Of a stretch of DNA of 64,000 nt, positions 43,799-55,800 are shown in pieces (positions within the stretch are counted from its first letter, which is position 1; each line of letters begins with the position of its first letter). The translations under genes were made by a program, and so were the position numbers. The notes under the pieces were generated by a model. That model worked only from the letters and a program-made list of their open reading frames with translations. It did no database searches and was not told the origin of the DNA. Source of the DNA: Gemmatimonadota bacterium (GTDB taxonomy: Bacteria > Gemmatimonadota > Gemmatimonadetes > Gemmatimonadales > GWC2-71-9); the NCBI GenBank assembly GCA_039591075.1, contig JBDHEI010000027.1, forward strand, positions 356 through 64,355, written 5' to 3'.

Positions 43799-46788
43799 AT
43801 GGCGATGAGTCGTAAGGTCCTTTCCGTATTCCTCGTCAGCCTGTTGTCGGCGGGCCCGCTCGCCGCGCAGACCCAGACGGGCAACATCTCCGGACGGGTG
43901 GCGGACGCCACGACCGCGGATGTCGTGGTTGGTGCCAGCGTCCTACTCGAGGGAACGCGGCGCGCGACGAACACGGGATCCGACGGTACGTTCCTGCTGA
44001 CCGACGTGCCCGCGGGAACGCACTTCGTGACCGCGCGTCTCATCGGGTATGGCCCCCAGACGCAGGAAGTCACGGTCAGGGCCGGACAAACCACCACGGT
44101 GGAGTTCGTGCTGCCGCGTCAGGCCGTGGTGATGGACGAGATCGTGGTGACCGGCTACGGTTCCCAGCGCCGCGCGGCCATCACCGGATCGGTCGCGACG
44201 GTCAACGCGGACCAGGCCAACGTCGGAGTGACCACCAACGCCGACGATCTGATCAAAGGCCGGGTGGCCGGGGTGAACATCACGCAGAACAGCGGTGAAC
44301 CTGGAGCGGCGGTTCAAATCCGGATCCGCGGTGGCACCTCGATCAACGCCAGCAACGACCCGCTGTACGTGATCGACGGGGTCGCCATCCAGAACCTGTC
44401 GACTGAGGCGGGCGGGATCGGCATTGGTGGTGACCCCCCGCTGGACCGCAACCCGTTGAACCTCCTCAATCCCAGCGATATCCAATCCATCACCGTGCTC
44501 AAAGACGCCGCGGCGGCCGCCATCTACGGCGCCCGAGGCGCGAACGGTGTGATTCTGATCGAGACGAAGCAGGGCCAGCGGGACAGGACGACCTTCGAAT
44601 ACGACGGCTATGTCTCCGTGGCGAACCGGGCCAACTCTCTGGATGTGCTGAACGGGGACCAGTACCGGCAGTTCGTGGAGCAACAGGTTTCGCTTGGCAA
44701 TCTCTCGGCCGAGCGCCTCGCGGCACTCGGGTCGGCAAACAACGACTGGCAGAAGGCGGTTACCCGCACTGCCGTTTCGCACAACCACAACCTGGTCTTC
44801 TCCGGCGGGACGGAGGCCACGCAGTATCGTGCGTCCCTCAACTACATGAACCAAAAGGGGGTGGCGATCAGCGACGGTCTGGAGCGCTTTCAGGCCCGGC
44901 TCAACGGCACGCACTACGCGTGGGACGACCGGTTGCAGCTGCGTGTTAATCTGACCGCCTCCCACGTCGAAAACGACTATCTGCCAGCCCAGGAGGCCAG
45001 CAGAAGTTTTACGAAATCGGAGCCGGAGTGCAATCGGTGCGGAACCCGGTGGCGCTGGCGGAGCAACTCCAAGATTTTGCCAGCTCGGACCGAACCCTCG
45101 GCAACGTCAGGGCCCAGCTCGATATCGTGCCGGATCTCCTGAGTGGCCAGTTGACGGTAGGCGTAGACCGGAGTGAGAGCACGCGGCGGATCTACTACCC
45201 CGGCATCAGTCCCGCCGGCGCCCAGTGGAACGGGCGTGCCGCTCAACGGAGTCGCGATCTCACGGCTGTGACGGTACAGGGCCTCCTCACGCTGACTCAG
45301 AATTTCGCCGACGCGCACGACGTCGAAGTCGTCGGCGGTTACGAATTCAATGACTTCAGCACCGACGACTTCGGGGCGGAGTCCCGCGACTTCCTCACCG
45401 ACGCGTTCAGTTTCGACAATCTGGCCGGCGGTGCGCAGGTCGAGACCCCGTTTTCCTTCAGGACGGATAGGCGGCTCATCGGGTTCTTCAGCCGGGCCAC
45501 CTACGGTTTCAAGGACCGTTACTTCTTGACCGGCGTGCTCCGCTACGACGGATCGTCCGTGTTCGGAGCCGACAACAAGTGGGGGGTGTTCCCCGCCGTG
45601 TCGGGCTCGTGGCGGCTGAGCGAAGAGGGCTTCCTGCAGAACGGGCCCTTCTCCGAGCTACGCCTCCGCGCGGGCTACGGTGTGCAGGGCATCGAGGCCG
45701 TGCCTGCCTACGCATCCCTGCTGACGCTGGAGCCAAGCGACGGCAACAGCTACCCCTTCGGAGACAACAAGACGGTCGGGGTGGCGGGGACCCAGAATCC
45801 GAATCCGGATCTCAAGTGGGAAAGAACGTCGCAGTTCAACGTGGGCATCGACTACGGGTTCTCGGACAACCGGTTCTCGGGCAGTTTCGAATACTACGTC
45901 AAGAACACGTCGGACCTGTTGCTGAGGGTTTCCGTACCGCAGCCCGCGATCGTGCCGGACCAGCTGCAGAACATCGGGAAGGTCAGGAACCGGGGTATCG
46001 AGGCCACCCTGGATGCGTTGCTGATCAATAGTTCCAACATGACCTGGGACGCCGGGCTCGTGTTCGCGGCGGAGAAGAACGAAGTGCAGGATTTGGGCGA
46101 CCAGAGTTTCATCGTCACGGGGCGCGTGAGCGGACAGGGGCAGTCCGACCAGTTCGCCCAGCGCATCATCCCGGGCTTCCCGCTGGGTACGTTTTTCGGG
46201 CGGGACTTCGTGCGTGTCGACGAGCAAGGGGTGGAGGTGTTCAACGACTACGACGCGGACGGCAACCTTATCGGGGAGACCACGTCGCCGGGCGCGGATG
46301 ACTTTGTCGCCATCGGCGATGCCAATCCGGACTTCGCCCTCGGTATTCGCAGCCAGATGACGTGGGGCCGGTTCGACGCGAGCTTCCTCGCTCGGGCCAA
46401 AATGGGGTTCGACGTGTTCAACAACACCGCACTCGTCTACTCGACGAAGAGCAACGCCCTGCAGGGCAAGAACTTCCTGGCTTCGGCGTTGGACGACCCG
46501 ACTGGGATCACCCAGCCGGCGATCTACTCATCCCGCTGGATCGAAGACGGTTCGTTCCTGCGGCTCGAGAACATTACGGTGGGATACAGCTTCAACCTGC
46601 CGGCGTTTTTCGGAACCGCCCGCAGCGGCCGGTTCTACGTGTCGGCCGACAACTTGTTGCTCATCACGGGCTATTCCGGGTACGATCCTGAAGCCCACAC
46701 GGATAATGGTCTGGCGGCACGCGGGACCGACTATCTCAGCTATCCGCGCGCGCGCTCGTTCACGACCGGCGTTCGGTTCTCGTTCTGA
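43799..46788 (+). pseudogene. susC: SusC/RagA-family TonB-dependent transporter, split by a frameshift near 44990
   Basis: ORF 43799-45142 has signal, EIVVTGYG, IRIRGGTS, PLYVIDG, AAIYGARGANGVILI; ORF 45028-46788 has RYDGSSVFG, NPDLKWE, IEDGSFLRL, YPRARSF, terminal F; different frames. Confidence 0.88.
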
Positions 46789-46844
46789 TGCGAGTCGACG
46801 AGACACAGAGACTACATGACGACCTCACAAGGGTTAAGACACTT

Positions 46845-48395
46845 ATGAATACACGTCGTAAACTCATCAATCGGGTGATTCTCGCCCCGGCCGTGGCATT
46901 CCTACTCGTCGCAGGCTGCACGGATCTGAGTGAATCGCCCACGAGCGTGATCACGCCGGACAACTTCAACCAGACCGAGCAGGAAGTGCTCGGTAGTCTG
47001 GCGTCCGTGTACGCGGTGCTGCGCAATACGACCAACTCTTACTTCGACGTGAGCACGATCAGCTCGGACGAGCTGATCGCGCCCACGCGCGGCAGCGACT
47101 GGTTCGACAACGGGAAGTGGCTCGAGCTTCACCGCCACACCTGGACGGCGATCAGCCCGCTCGGGCTCCAAGATGTCAACAACATCTGGAACGATATGTT
47201 TAGCGGCGTCACGCGGGCCAACGTCTTACTCGAGGCGCTCAAGAGTGTCACCGTAGCAGATCAGGCGGCCGTCGAAGCCGAGGTCCGGACGCTCCGGGCC
47301 TTCTATTACTACATACTGCAGGACATGTTCGGCGGTGTGCCGATCGTCACGACCATCGAGCTCGCGGCGCGGGCGAGAAACACGCGCGCCGAGGTGTTCC
47401 AGTTCATTAGCGACGAGCTGAATGCGGCCCGGGTGGACCTGCCGGACAACTGGCCGGCGGCCCAGCACGGGCGCATTACGAAAGGCGCGGCCGATGCCAT
47501 CCTGGCCAGTTTGTATCTGAACGCCGCGGTGTTCACGACAGACGCGCCCGGTGCGACCGCCTACAACTCGTGCACCACCGTGCAGGTGGGGGGGGAGACC
47601 GCCTGCGCCGCCGCCATCGCAGCCGCGGACCGCATCCTGAACTCCGGTGTTTACAACCTGGCTACCGAGGGCAGCTGGCGTGACAACTTCGGACCCGACA
47701 ACGCTTCGTCGCCGGAGAACATCCTGGTCGTCAAGTTCACGAACCAGTCAGGCTTGGGACTCAACTTCCTGATGCGGGTGCTGCACTACAACATGTACAC
47801 CCCCAGCCCCTGGAACGGCTTCGCGGCCTTGGCAGAGACGTACAACGCCTTCGATGCGGACGACCAGCGCCGGGAGATCTTCCTCGCAGGACCGCAGGTC
47901 CATCTCGACACCGGCGACCCGGTCTTTGAACGGGGCGGCGCGCCACTGGTCTTCACGGTGGACATCCAGGACCCGACCCAGGCCACGGAAGCTGAGGGCG
48001 CCCGTATCATCAAGTGGCCTCCGGATCCGGACCGCGTTGCCCAGGAGTCCGGCAACGACTTCGCCTTCTTCCGCCTTGCGGAGATCTATCTGATCAAGGC
48101 CGAGGCGGAGTTCGAGCTTGGGACGGGCGATCCCCTGGGCACCTTGAATATGCTCCGCGCCCGGGTCTTCGAGCCGGACGAGCCGCTGGCCGCCGTGGAC
48201 CGTGACGCGATTCTACAGGAGCGACTGTTCGAGCTCACCAACGAAGCCAAGCGGCGACTGGATCTGATCCGGCATGGGAAGTTCACGGATCCGTGGTCGT
48301 TCAAGACGCAGGGAGCACCCCATCTGGTCCTGATGCCGATTCCGCAGCCGCAGTTGGACGCCAACCCGGACCTCACGCAAAACCCCGGGTACTGA
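46845..48395 (+). CDS. susD: SusD/RagB-family lipoprotein
   Basis: Lipobox VAGC; EVRTLRAFYY, FGGVP, GRITKGAA, FRLAEIYLIKAEA, ERLFEL..E..RR.DLIR, QNPGY. Confidence 0.93.
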   Translation: MNTRRKLINRVILAPAVAFLLVAGCTDLSESPTSVITPDNFNQTEQEVLGSLASVYAVLRNTTNSYFDVSTISSDELIAPTRGSDWFDNGKWLELHRHTWTAISPLGLQDVNNIWNDMFSGVTRANVLLEALKSVTVADQAAVEAEVRTLRAFYYYILQDMFGGVPIVTTIELAARARNTRAEVFQFISDELNAARVDLPDNWPAAQHGRITKGAADAILASLYLNAAVFTTDAPGATAYNSCTTVQVGGETACAAAIAAADRILNSGVYNLATEGSWRDNFGPDNASSPENILVVKFTNQSGLGLNFLMRVLHYNMYTPSPWNGFAALAETYNAFDADDQRREIFLAGPQVHLDTGDPVFERGGAPLVFTVDIQDPTQATEAEGARIIKWPPDPDRVAQESGNDFAFFRLAEIYLIKAEAEFELGTGDPLGTLNMLRARVFEPDEPLAAVDRDAILQERLFELTNEAKRRLDLIRHGKFTDPWSFKTQGAPHLVLMPIPQPQLDANPDLTQNPGY

Positions 48396-48423
48396 TTGGG
48401 GGACGTCTTTGCCTGACGGTTGC

Positions 48424-48462
48424 CGCCATAGCCTGGTCTCGCATCGAGGCCAGGCTATGGCG
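48424..48462 (+). terminator. Long hairpin after susD (terminator or mRNA stabiliser)
   Basis: 18-bp stem cgccatagcctggtctcg/cgaggccaggctatggcg with one G-U pair; no U tract. Confidence 0.6.
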
Positions 48463-48515
48463 CAATAGGCCGCTTCCGTGCGTCACACACCTCTCGGTGA
48501 TTTCGACCCAACGAC

Positions 48516-51500
48516 ATGAACATGGTATCAAGCTGCAGGCTCCGGTTCCTGCTTGCTGCGTCGTGCCTCCTCGCCGGCTGCTCCGGCGCAGACAGGTCTG
48601 CTGCGGAAACGCGGCTGCGTGAGCCACCCGCGGCCGGTGACCAGCTCTTCAGCAGGCTTCCGTCCAGCTATACCGGCGTCCGCTTCGAGAACCGCCTCGC
48701 CGATACTCGCGAGCTGAACGTCTTCACCTATCGCAACTACTACAACGGCGGCGGGGTGGCGCTGGGCGACCTCTCCGGTGACGGGCTGCCGGAGCTCCTA
48801 TTCACGTCGAATCTGGGCGAAAACCGGCTGTACCTGAACGAGGGTGAGTTCCGCTTTCGGGACGTGACCGAGGTGGCCGGTGTGGCCGGCAAGGGGTCAT
48901 GGGCGACGGGGGTCACCTTCGCCGACGTCAACGGTGACGGACTCCTCGACATCTACGTCTGCTACGCCGGCAACGTGGCAGGCGAGCGCCGCGCCAACGA
49001 GCTCTACATCCATCAGGGCCTCAACGCAGACGGGGTGCCCACCTTCGCCGAAATGGCGGCTGCGTACCGTATCGCGGAGGAGGGCTACTCGACGCACGCC
49101 GTGTTCTTCGACTACGATCGTGATGGATACCTGGACCTGTATGTGGTCAACAACTCGCCCCGGCCTGTCTCGAGCTTCGGTCTCAGAAACATCCGCCACG
49201 TGCGCGATGCGCTCGGCGGCGACAAACTCTACCACAACGTGGGCGGACGCTTTCTCGACGTGAGCGAGCGGGCCGGGATCTTCGGGAGCGAGATCGCCTT
49301 CGGTCTGGGTGTCGCCGTTGGCGACGTGAACCGCGACGGCTGGCCGGACATCTACGTCTCCAACGACTTCTTCGAGCGGGACTATCTCTACATCAACAAC
49401 GGAGATGGAACTTTCGCCGAGCTGCTCGACCGGCAGATGCCCTCCATCAGCCTTTCTTCTATGGGACTGGACATCGCCGACATCGACAACGATGGGTGGC
49501 TGGACATCTACGTGATCGACATGCTGCCGGAGGACGACTACCGGCTCAAGACGACGTCCACGTTCGAGGACTGGAACAGCTACCAATCCAAGCTGAAGAA
49601 CGACTATCACCACCAGTTCATGCGCAACATGCTCCAACTGAACAACCGCAACGGGACGTTCAGCGAGATCGGGCAGCTCGCCGGCGTGGCGCGCACTGAC
49701 TGGAGCTGGAGCGCACTCATTGCGGATTTCGATCAGGACGGTTACAAGGACATCCATGTCACGAACGGCATCCTCGCGGATGTGACCTCGCAGGACTACG
49801 TCTCCTTCCTGGCCGACCCGCGGACGATGAGGGCAGCCGTCAAGGGCGAGCGGGTCGACTTTATGAAACTCATCGAGGCGATGAGCTCGACGATGCTGCC
49901 AGACTATGCATTCCGGAACGCTGGGAACCTGACCTTCCGGAACTCAGGCGCAGCCTGGGGCCTGAACGCGCCGGGCTTTTCCAGTGGCGCGGCTTACGGT
50001 GATCTGAACAGCGACGGCGCGCTCGATCTGGTCGTCAATAATGTCAATCAGGAAGCCTCCGTCTATCGGAACAACGCCCGAACACTCTTGGACAACCATT
50101 ATCTGCAGGTCGTGCTCGAAGGAGAGGGCCCCAACCGCTTCGGCATCGGGGCCAAGGTGACGCTCCGGAGCGCGGAGCGTTTGTTCTTTCAGGAGATGAT
50201 GCCGTCACGCGGATTCCAGTCGAGTGTCGACGACGTCCTGACCTTCGGGATCGGTCAGATCCAGACGGTCGATTCGGTGCTGGTCGAGTGGCCGGACGGG
50301 CGGGTCAATGTGCTGACCGACGTCACGGCGAACCAGCGTATCAAGGTACGGCAGGCCGAGTCTGCAGCAGCGACGCCCGTCACGCCGGAGTCGGCCCCGC
50401 TGTTGTTCGCCGACATCACGGAAAGCATCGCGCTCGAGTTCGTGCACCGGGAGAACGCGTTCGTCGATTTCGACCGGGAGCGTCTGATGCCAAAGATGCT
50501 CTCCACCGAGGGGCCCTTCCTGGCCGTGTCGGATGTCAACGGGGACGGCCTCGACGACGCGTTCATTGGCGGCGCCAAGGATCAGCTGGGTCAGCTCCTC
50601 ATCCAGCAGCGCGTGGGCGGGTTCGTCCGGAGCAACGAGGGACTGTTCGAGCAGGACCGGGTGTCGGAAGATCTGGGAGCGGTGTTCTTCGATGCGACCG
50701 GAGACGGTCACCCGGATCTCTACGTGGTCAGCGGCGGCAGCGAGTTCTCGGACATGGCGCCCGCCATCCAGGACCGGCTGTACCTGAACGATGGTGGGGG
50801 GACCTTCCGGAAGGCAGACGGCCACCTGCCACCCATGAACATCAGCGGATCGCGTGCGGCGCCAGCCGATTTTGATGGCGATGGTGACATCGATCTCTTT
50901 GTCGGCGGGCGTGTCGTTCCCTGGCGGTACGGCATCGATCCCAGAAGCGTGCTGCTCGAGAACGATGGCCGGGGCCGCTTCCGCGATGTCACGCAGCAGG
51001 CGGCGCCCGATCTGGCGCGTATCGGCATGGTCACCGATGCCCTGTGGAACGATGTGGACGGCGACGGTCGACTGGATCTGGTAGTGGTCGGCGAGTGGAT
51101 GCCGATCGAGATCTTCCGCAATACGGGGTCCGGGACGCTCGAACCGATGGCCCCACGTGGGCTCGAGCGGAGCCACGGATGGTGGAATCGGATCGTCGCT
51201 GGCGACTTTACCGGAGACGGCCGCACCGATTTCGTCGTCGGCAACCTGGGGCTCAACACGCGTCTCCGAGCTTCCGAGGACGAGCCGGTTACCATGTATG
51301 TCAAGGATTTCGATCGCAACGGGTTCGTCGAGCAGATCGTGTCCTCGTATAACAACGGAGTCAGCTATCCCCTAGCGCTGCGCGACGATCTCGTCAGAGT
51401 CCTTCCGGTCTTCGAGGCGCGCTACCCTACATACGAATCGTATGCCCAGCAGACGGTGGCGGACATCTTCCCGACCGCTGACTTGGCCAATGCCGTGCTG

Positions 51501-51914
51501 AAGCAGGCGTATACGTTCGCCACGACACTCGTGCGGAACAACGGTGAGGGGTCGTTCACGCTCGTGCCGCTGCCGCTCGAAGCGCAGCTGGCTCCGGTCT
51601 ACGGCATTCTGGCCGCCGAGCTGGACGGCGACGGAACGCTCGATCTTCTCCTGGCCGGGAATTTCGACGGCGTAGAGCCCAAGATCGGCCGGATGAGCGC
51701 CAGCTATGGACTATTTCTGCGCGGAGACGGTGGTGGAGGATTCACGCCGATCCGAACGTCTGAGAGCGGATTCCTCGTGCCCGGACAGGCACGTGACATC
51801 CAGCGTATCGGCACTCGGCAGGGCGACGTGTACGTGGTGACCCGGAACGACGACCGTCCGCTCATTTTCCGCACCGCTGCCGGCGGTCGCCCGCTAGCGC
51901 TTGCCGGTCACTGA
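48516..51914 (+). CDS. VCBS/FG-GAP repeat lipoprotein with central ASPIC/UnbV domain
   Basis: Lipobox LAGC; many DxNxDGxxD repeats; YYNGGGV, TDWSW, GIGAKV...RGFQSS...FGIG...WPDG; second propeller with HGWWN. Confidence 0.9.
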   Translation: MNMVSSCRLRFLLAASCLLAGCSGADRSAAETRLREPPAAGDQLFSRLPSSYTGVRFENRLADTRELNVFTYRNYYNGGGVALGDLSGDGLPELLFTSNLGENRLYLNEGEFRFRDVTEVAGVAGKGSWATGVTFADVNGDGLLDIYVCYAGNVAGERRANELYIHQGLNADGVPTFAEMAAAYRIAEEGYSTHAVFFDYDRDGYLDLYVVNNSPRPVSSFGLRNIRHVRDALGGDKLYHNVGGRFLDVSERAGIFGSEIAFGLGVAVGDVNRDGWPDIYVSNDFFERDYLYINNGDGTFAELLDRQMPSISLSSMGLDIADIDNDGWLDIYVIDMLPEDDYRLKTTSTFEDWNSYQSKLKNDYHHQFMRNMLQLNNRNGTFSEIGQLAGVARTDWSWSALIADFDQDGYKDIHVTNGILADVTSQDYVSFLADPRTMRAAVKGERVDFMKLIEAMSSTMLPDYAFRNAGNLTFRNSGAAWGLNAPGFSSGAAYGDLNSDGALDLVVNNVNQEASVYRNNARTLLDNHYLQVVLEGEGPNRFGIGAKVTLRSAERLFFQEMMPSRGFQSSVDDVLTFGIGQIQTVDSVLVEWPDGRVNVLTDVTANQRIKVRQAESAAATPVTPESAPLLFADITESIALEFVHRENAFVDFDRERLMPKMLSTEGPFLAVSDVNGDGLDDAFIGGAKDQLGQLLIQQRVGGFVRSNEGLFEQDRVSEDLGAVFFDATGDGHPDLYVVSGGSEFSDMAPAIQDRLYLNDGGGTFRKADGHLPPMNISGSRAAPADFDGDGDIDLFVGGRVVPWRYGIDPRSVLLENDGRGRFRDVTQQAAPDLARIGMVTDALWNDVDGDGRLDLVVVGEWMPIEIFRNTGSGTLEPMAPRGLERSHGWWNRIVAGDFTGDGRTDFVVGNLGLNTRLRASEDEPVTMYVKDFDRNGFVEQIVSSYNNGVSYPLALRDDLVRVLPVFEARYPTYESYAQQTVADIFPTADLANAVLKQAYTFATTLVRNNGEGSFTLVPLPLEAQLAPVYGILAAELDGDGTLDLLLAGNFDGVEPKIGRMSASYGLFLRGDGGGGFTPIRTSESGFLVPGQARDIQRIGTRQGDVYVVTRNDDRPLIFRTAAGGRPLALAGH

Positions 51915-52363
51915 TCTGGTTGCTTCGTCTCGATGACGATGACCCCGTTAGCGCCCCGCACGCCGTACATCGTCGTGCTGGCGGCGTCCTTCAGTACTTC
52001 GATGGATTCGATGTCGTACGGGTTGATCCCAAATAGGGCGCCTCCCGGTCCCGGCTCGATGGGGACACCGTCGATCACGTACAGCGGCTCGTTGCTGCCG
52101 CGGATCGACGTGGTGCCTCGGATGCGAATCGAAAGGCCGCCCTCGGGCGATCGCACCACTGTGACACCGGGGAACCGACTTGCGAGTACCTCTTCGATAG
52201 GCTTGCCGGGGGTGCGCTGAATATCTTCCGCTGTTACCGCGCGTGGCGCACTCGGCTCCGGTGAATCCTCGACGCCACCCGCGGCCGTTCTGCTGGCCTG
52301 GGAACATCCGAACAGGAGCCCGACGAGCAGAGCGATCGGCAATAGGACGCGCGATGAGACCAT
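51908..52363 (-). CDS. Plug-domain-only TonB-receptor-like lipoprotein
   Basis: Lipobox LFGC; IRIRGTTS, EPLYVIDGVP, DIESIEVLKDA...YGVRGANGVIVIETK followed shortly by a stop; no barrel. Confidence 0.85.
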   Translation of the reverse strand: MVSSRVLLPIALLVGLLFGCSQASRTAAGGVEDSPEPSAPRAVTAEDIQRTPGKPIEEVLASRFPGVTVVRSPEGGLSIRIRGTTSIRGSNEPLYVIDGVPIEPGPGGALFGINPYDIESIEVLKDAASTTMYGVRGANGVIVIETKQPDQ

Positions 52364-52444
52364 AATGTAAGATACGTCAGTCCCCGGACCGACGCTCGGG
52401 CCCGGCACGGGCTCGTGCCCTCACGAATGTGAATGGAGAGACCA

Positions 52445-52696
52445 ATGAGGACCTGCTGCTCGGCTCGCCGCATTGCGCTCGGCGTCACCTGCGCGACGCT
52501 GATGGCGACGACCGCCTCAGCCCAAGACCAGGTCCGCGTCGCCTCGCCCGACGGTCGGACCGACGTCGCGGTCGAGATCCGGGAGGGCGGGCTCCACTAC
52601 AGCCTTCAGCGTGATGGTCGAGCGGTGCTCTTGCCATCACAGCTCGGTCTTGAGGTCGAGACCGCGGAGGGCGCTGAGACAACCGTGATGCAATGA
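52445..52696 (+). pseudogene. Truncated GH97-like N-terminal fragment
   Basis: Signal peptide then VASPDG...LHYSLQRDGRAVLLPSQLGL; catalytic domain absent. Confidence 0.65.
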
Positions 52697-52803
52697 CGGA
52701 GCAGATCATCGGGGCTGCGATCCAAGACCTCCGTTCGCTGGGGCCCGGTCTGCTCGAGTCCGTACGTGCGGCGTGCCTGGCACACGAGTTGGCTGAGCGA
52801 AAC
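52693..52803 (+). pseudogene. GxxExxY-family N-terminal fragment
   Basis: TEQIIGAAI...LGPGLLESVRAACLAHEL (signature Tyr replaced); in frame with the next gene. Confidence 0.7.
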
Positions 52804-52818
52804 GCTCGCACGGTCGTC

Positions 52819-55800
52819 ATGAACAGCAGTGCTTGGCGACTTCTTGCCATCAGTGTACTGGTACTCGTCAGCTGCGGCCGTACGCAGCATTCTCCGCCGC
52901 TGTTCGAGCGTCTCCCCCCGGAAATGACCGGGGTCACGTTCGTCAATGAGTTACCGGAAACGGCTGAAATCAACATCCTCAACTATCTGAACTACTACAA
53001 CGGCGGGGGCGTAGCCGCTGGCGACATCGATGGCGACGGTCTGGCAGATCTCTACTTCACGTCAAACCTGGGTCCCGACCGGCTCTATCGCAACAAGGGC
53101 GATTACCGGTTCGAGGACATTACGCAGCGGGCCGGCGTGGGTGGGGCAGAAGGCTGGACCACTGGTGCCACGATGGCCGACGTCAACGGCGACGGGTACC
53201 TCGATATCTACGTGTCGACCGTCACCCATCTCGCGCTGCGCGGCGGGAATGTGCTGTACATCAATGATGGCGACGGCACGTTCACGGATCGGACTGCGGA
53301 GTACGGGCTCGGGCATGTCGGCTATTCGACCCAGGCTGCCTTCTTCGATTATGATGGGGACGGCGACCTGGACATGTACCTCGTGAACCATTCGACTCAC
53401 GAGGAGCGCGGGAGAGTCTGGAACCCGCAGCGCGAGACGCGACATCCGAGAGCAGGCGATCGCCTCTTCAAGAACGACGGCAACCGCTTCGTGGATGTCA
53501 GCCAAGCGTCCGGCATCTACGGCGGCGTCGAAGGATACGGTCTGGGCGTGATCGTCAGTGACCTGAATGTCGATGGCTGTCCCGACATCTTCGTGGCCAA
53601 TGATTTTCACGAGAGTGATTTCCTCTACTTCAACAACTGCGACGGCACGTTCACCGAATCCGTCGCCACCTCGACCGGTCACACAAGTTTTTCCTCGATG
53701 GGCGTCGATGCCGCCGACTTCACCAACGACGGCAGACCGGACCTGGTGGTCCTCGACATGCTTCCGGAACGGGAGGAGGTCCTCAAGAGCGCTGCCAGCG
53801 CCGAAGACATGAACGTCTATCAGATGAAGCTCCGGGCCAGCTTTCACCCTCAGTACGTGCGGAACACGCTGCAGGTGAATCGCGGCCGGGGCCGATTCAG
53901 CGAGATCGGCTATCTGGCAGGCGTGTATGCCACCGACTGGAGTTGGGCGCCGCTCTTCGCCGATCTGGACAACGATGGCGACAAGGATCTCTTCGTCACG
54001 AACGGGATCTACCGGCGGCCGAACGACTTGGACTACATCAGCTACGTGGCCGACCGGGAGGTTCAAGCATCACTGGCGGAAGGGATTACCGAAGAGCTCT
54101 TGGCGACGCTTCAGGAGAAGATGCCCCAGATCCCCATTCCCAACTACGCGTATCGAAACAACGGGGATCTGACCTTCACGAACATGGCTGAGGCGTGGGA
54201 CCTGGCGCAGCCGGGATTCTCAATCGGCGCCGTCTACGTAGACCTGAACAACGGCGGCGCGCTCGATCTGGTGGTGAACAACATCAACGCGCCTGCCGGC
54301 ATCTACCGAAACCGTGCGCGCGAGATCAACAGCCACCATTACCTGACAGTACGACTTGAGGGATCGGGAGCGAATACGAACGGCATCGGCACGAAAATCA
54401 TCATCGAACATGACGGCATCATGCAGCTGCTGGAACAAATGCCAACCCGCGGCTTCCAGTCGTCGATCGATCCTCGCCTGCATTTCGGGTTGGGGGTTTC
54501 CCCGCGGATAGACTCGCTGATCGTCATCTGGCCGGATCATCGCTATCAAGTTCTGAGCGATGTGGCGGTCGATCAGACGGTCACGCTCGCGCAGGACGAT
54601 GCCGCCGGCCGGTATCCGTATCGGGATGAACCGGCGGGTCAGCCGCTGTTTGCAGACATCACCACCCAGCTGGCCATCGACGTCAGCCATCACGAGAACA
54701 CGTTCTTCGACTACACCCGCGAACCACTGATCCCGCACCAACTCTCTACCGAAGGGCCCGCCCTCGCCGTCGGCGACGTGAATGGCGATGGTCTGGACGA
54801 TCTCTACGTGGGCGGAGCCAAGTGGCAGGCCGGACAGCTCCTGGTCCAGCAGCGTGATGGCCAGTTCCGCGGCACCAATGAGGGCGTCTTCCAGGCCGAC
54901 AGCCTACACGAAGATGTGGACGCGGTCTTCTTCGATGCCAACGGCGACGGATATCAGGATCTCTACGTTGTGAGCGCCGGGAACGAGTTCTGGGGAGATC
55001 AGGAGGCGTTGCGGGATCGGCTGTACGTCAACGACGGGCAGGGTCGTTTGCACCGGGAGGAGGACGCCCTCCCGGCCTTCTTCGAGAACGGCTCCTGCGT
55101 GGTGCCGGGCGACTTCAACGGGGATGGCCATCTCGATCTGTTCGTCGGCGGGCGGGTGGTCTCCCGCCGCTACGGTCTCATCCCCCGAAGCTACCTGCTG
55201 CAGAATGACGGCACGGGACGGTTCCGCGACGTGACCGTCGAGAAGGCGGAGGCGCTGGCCGAAGCCGGGATGGTGTCCTCGGCCGCTTGGGTGGATTACG
55301 ACGACGATGGACGGCTCGACCTGATCGTTGTCGGAGAATGGATGCCGATACGTGTTTTTCGGCAACAGGCTGGCCGGTTCGTGGACCGCACCACCGAGGC
55401 TGGCTTCTCGGGCACAAACGGTTGGTGGAACAGCGTGACGGTGGCCGACCTGCGGGGAACCGGGCGCCCGGATCTCATTCTGGGCAACCTGGGGTTAAAC
55501 TCCCACATCCGGGCGTCACCCAAGGAGCCGGCCCGGTTGTACATCCATGACTTCGCGCAGAACGGCGGGCTCCAGCAGATCCTGACGTTGTATAAGGACG
55601 GCGTGAGCTACCCGCTGGCGGGTCGGGACGAGTTGGCCCGAGCGATTCCGCAGCTGCGCGACCGGTACCCCTCCTACGCCGATTTTGGCGCCAGCCAAAT
55701 CCAGGACATCTTCCCGGCGTCGGAATTGCGACAGGCAGAGGTACGGGAAGCGTATCTGTTTGCCAGCTCCGCAGCCCTGAACAACGGAGACGGTTCCTTC

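Noticed and set aside
44990..45015. Programmed ribosomal frameshift or phase variation in susC
   Set aside because: No slippery heptamer or simple-sequence tract at the junction
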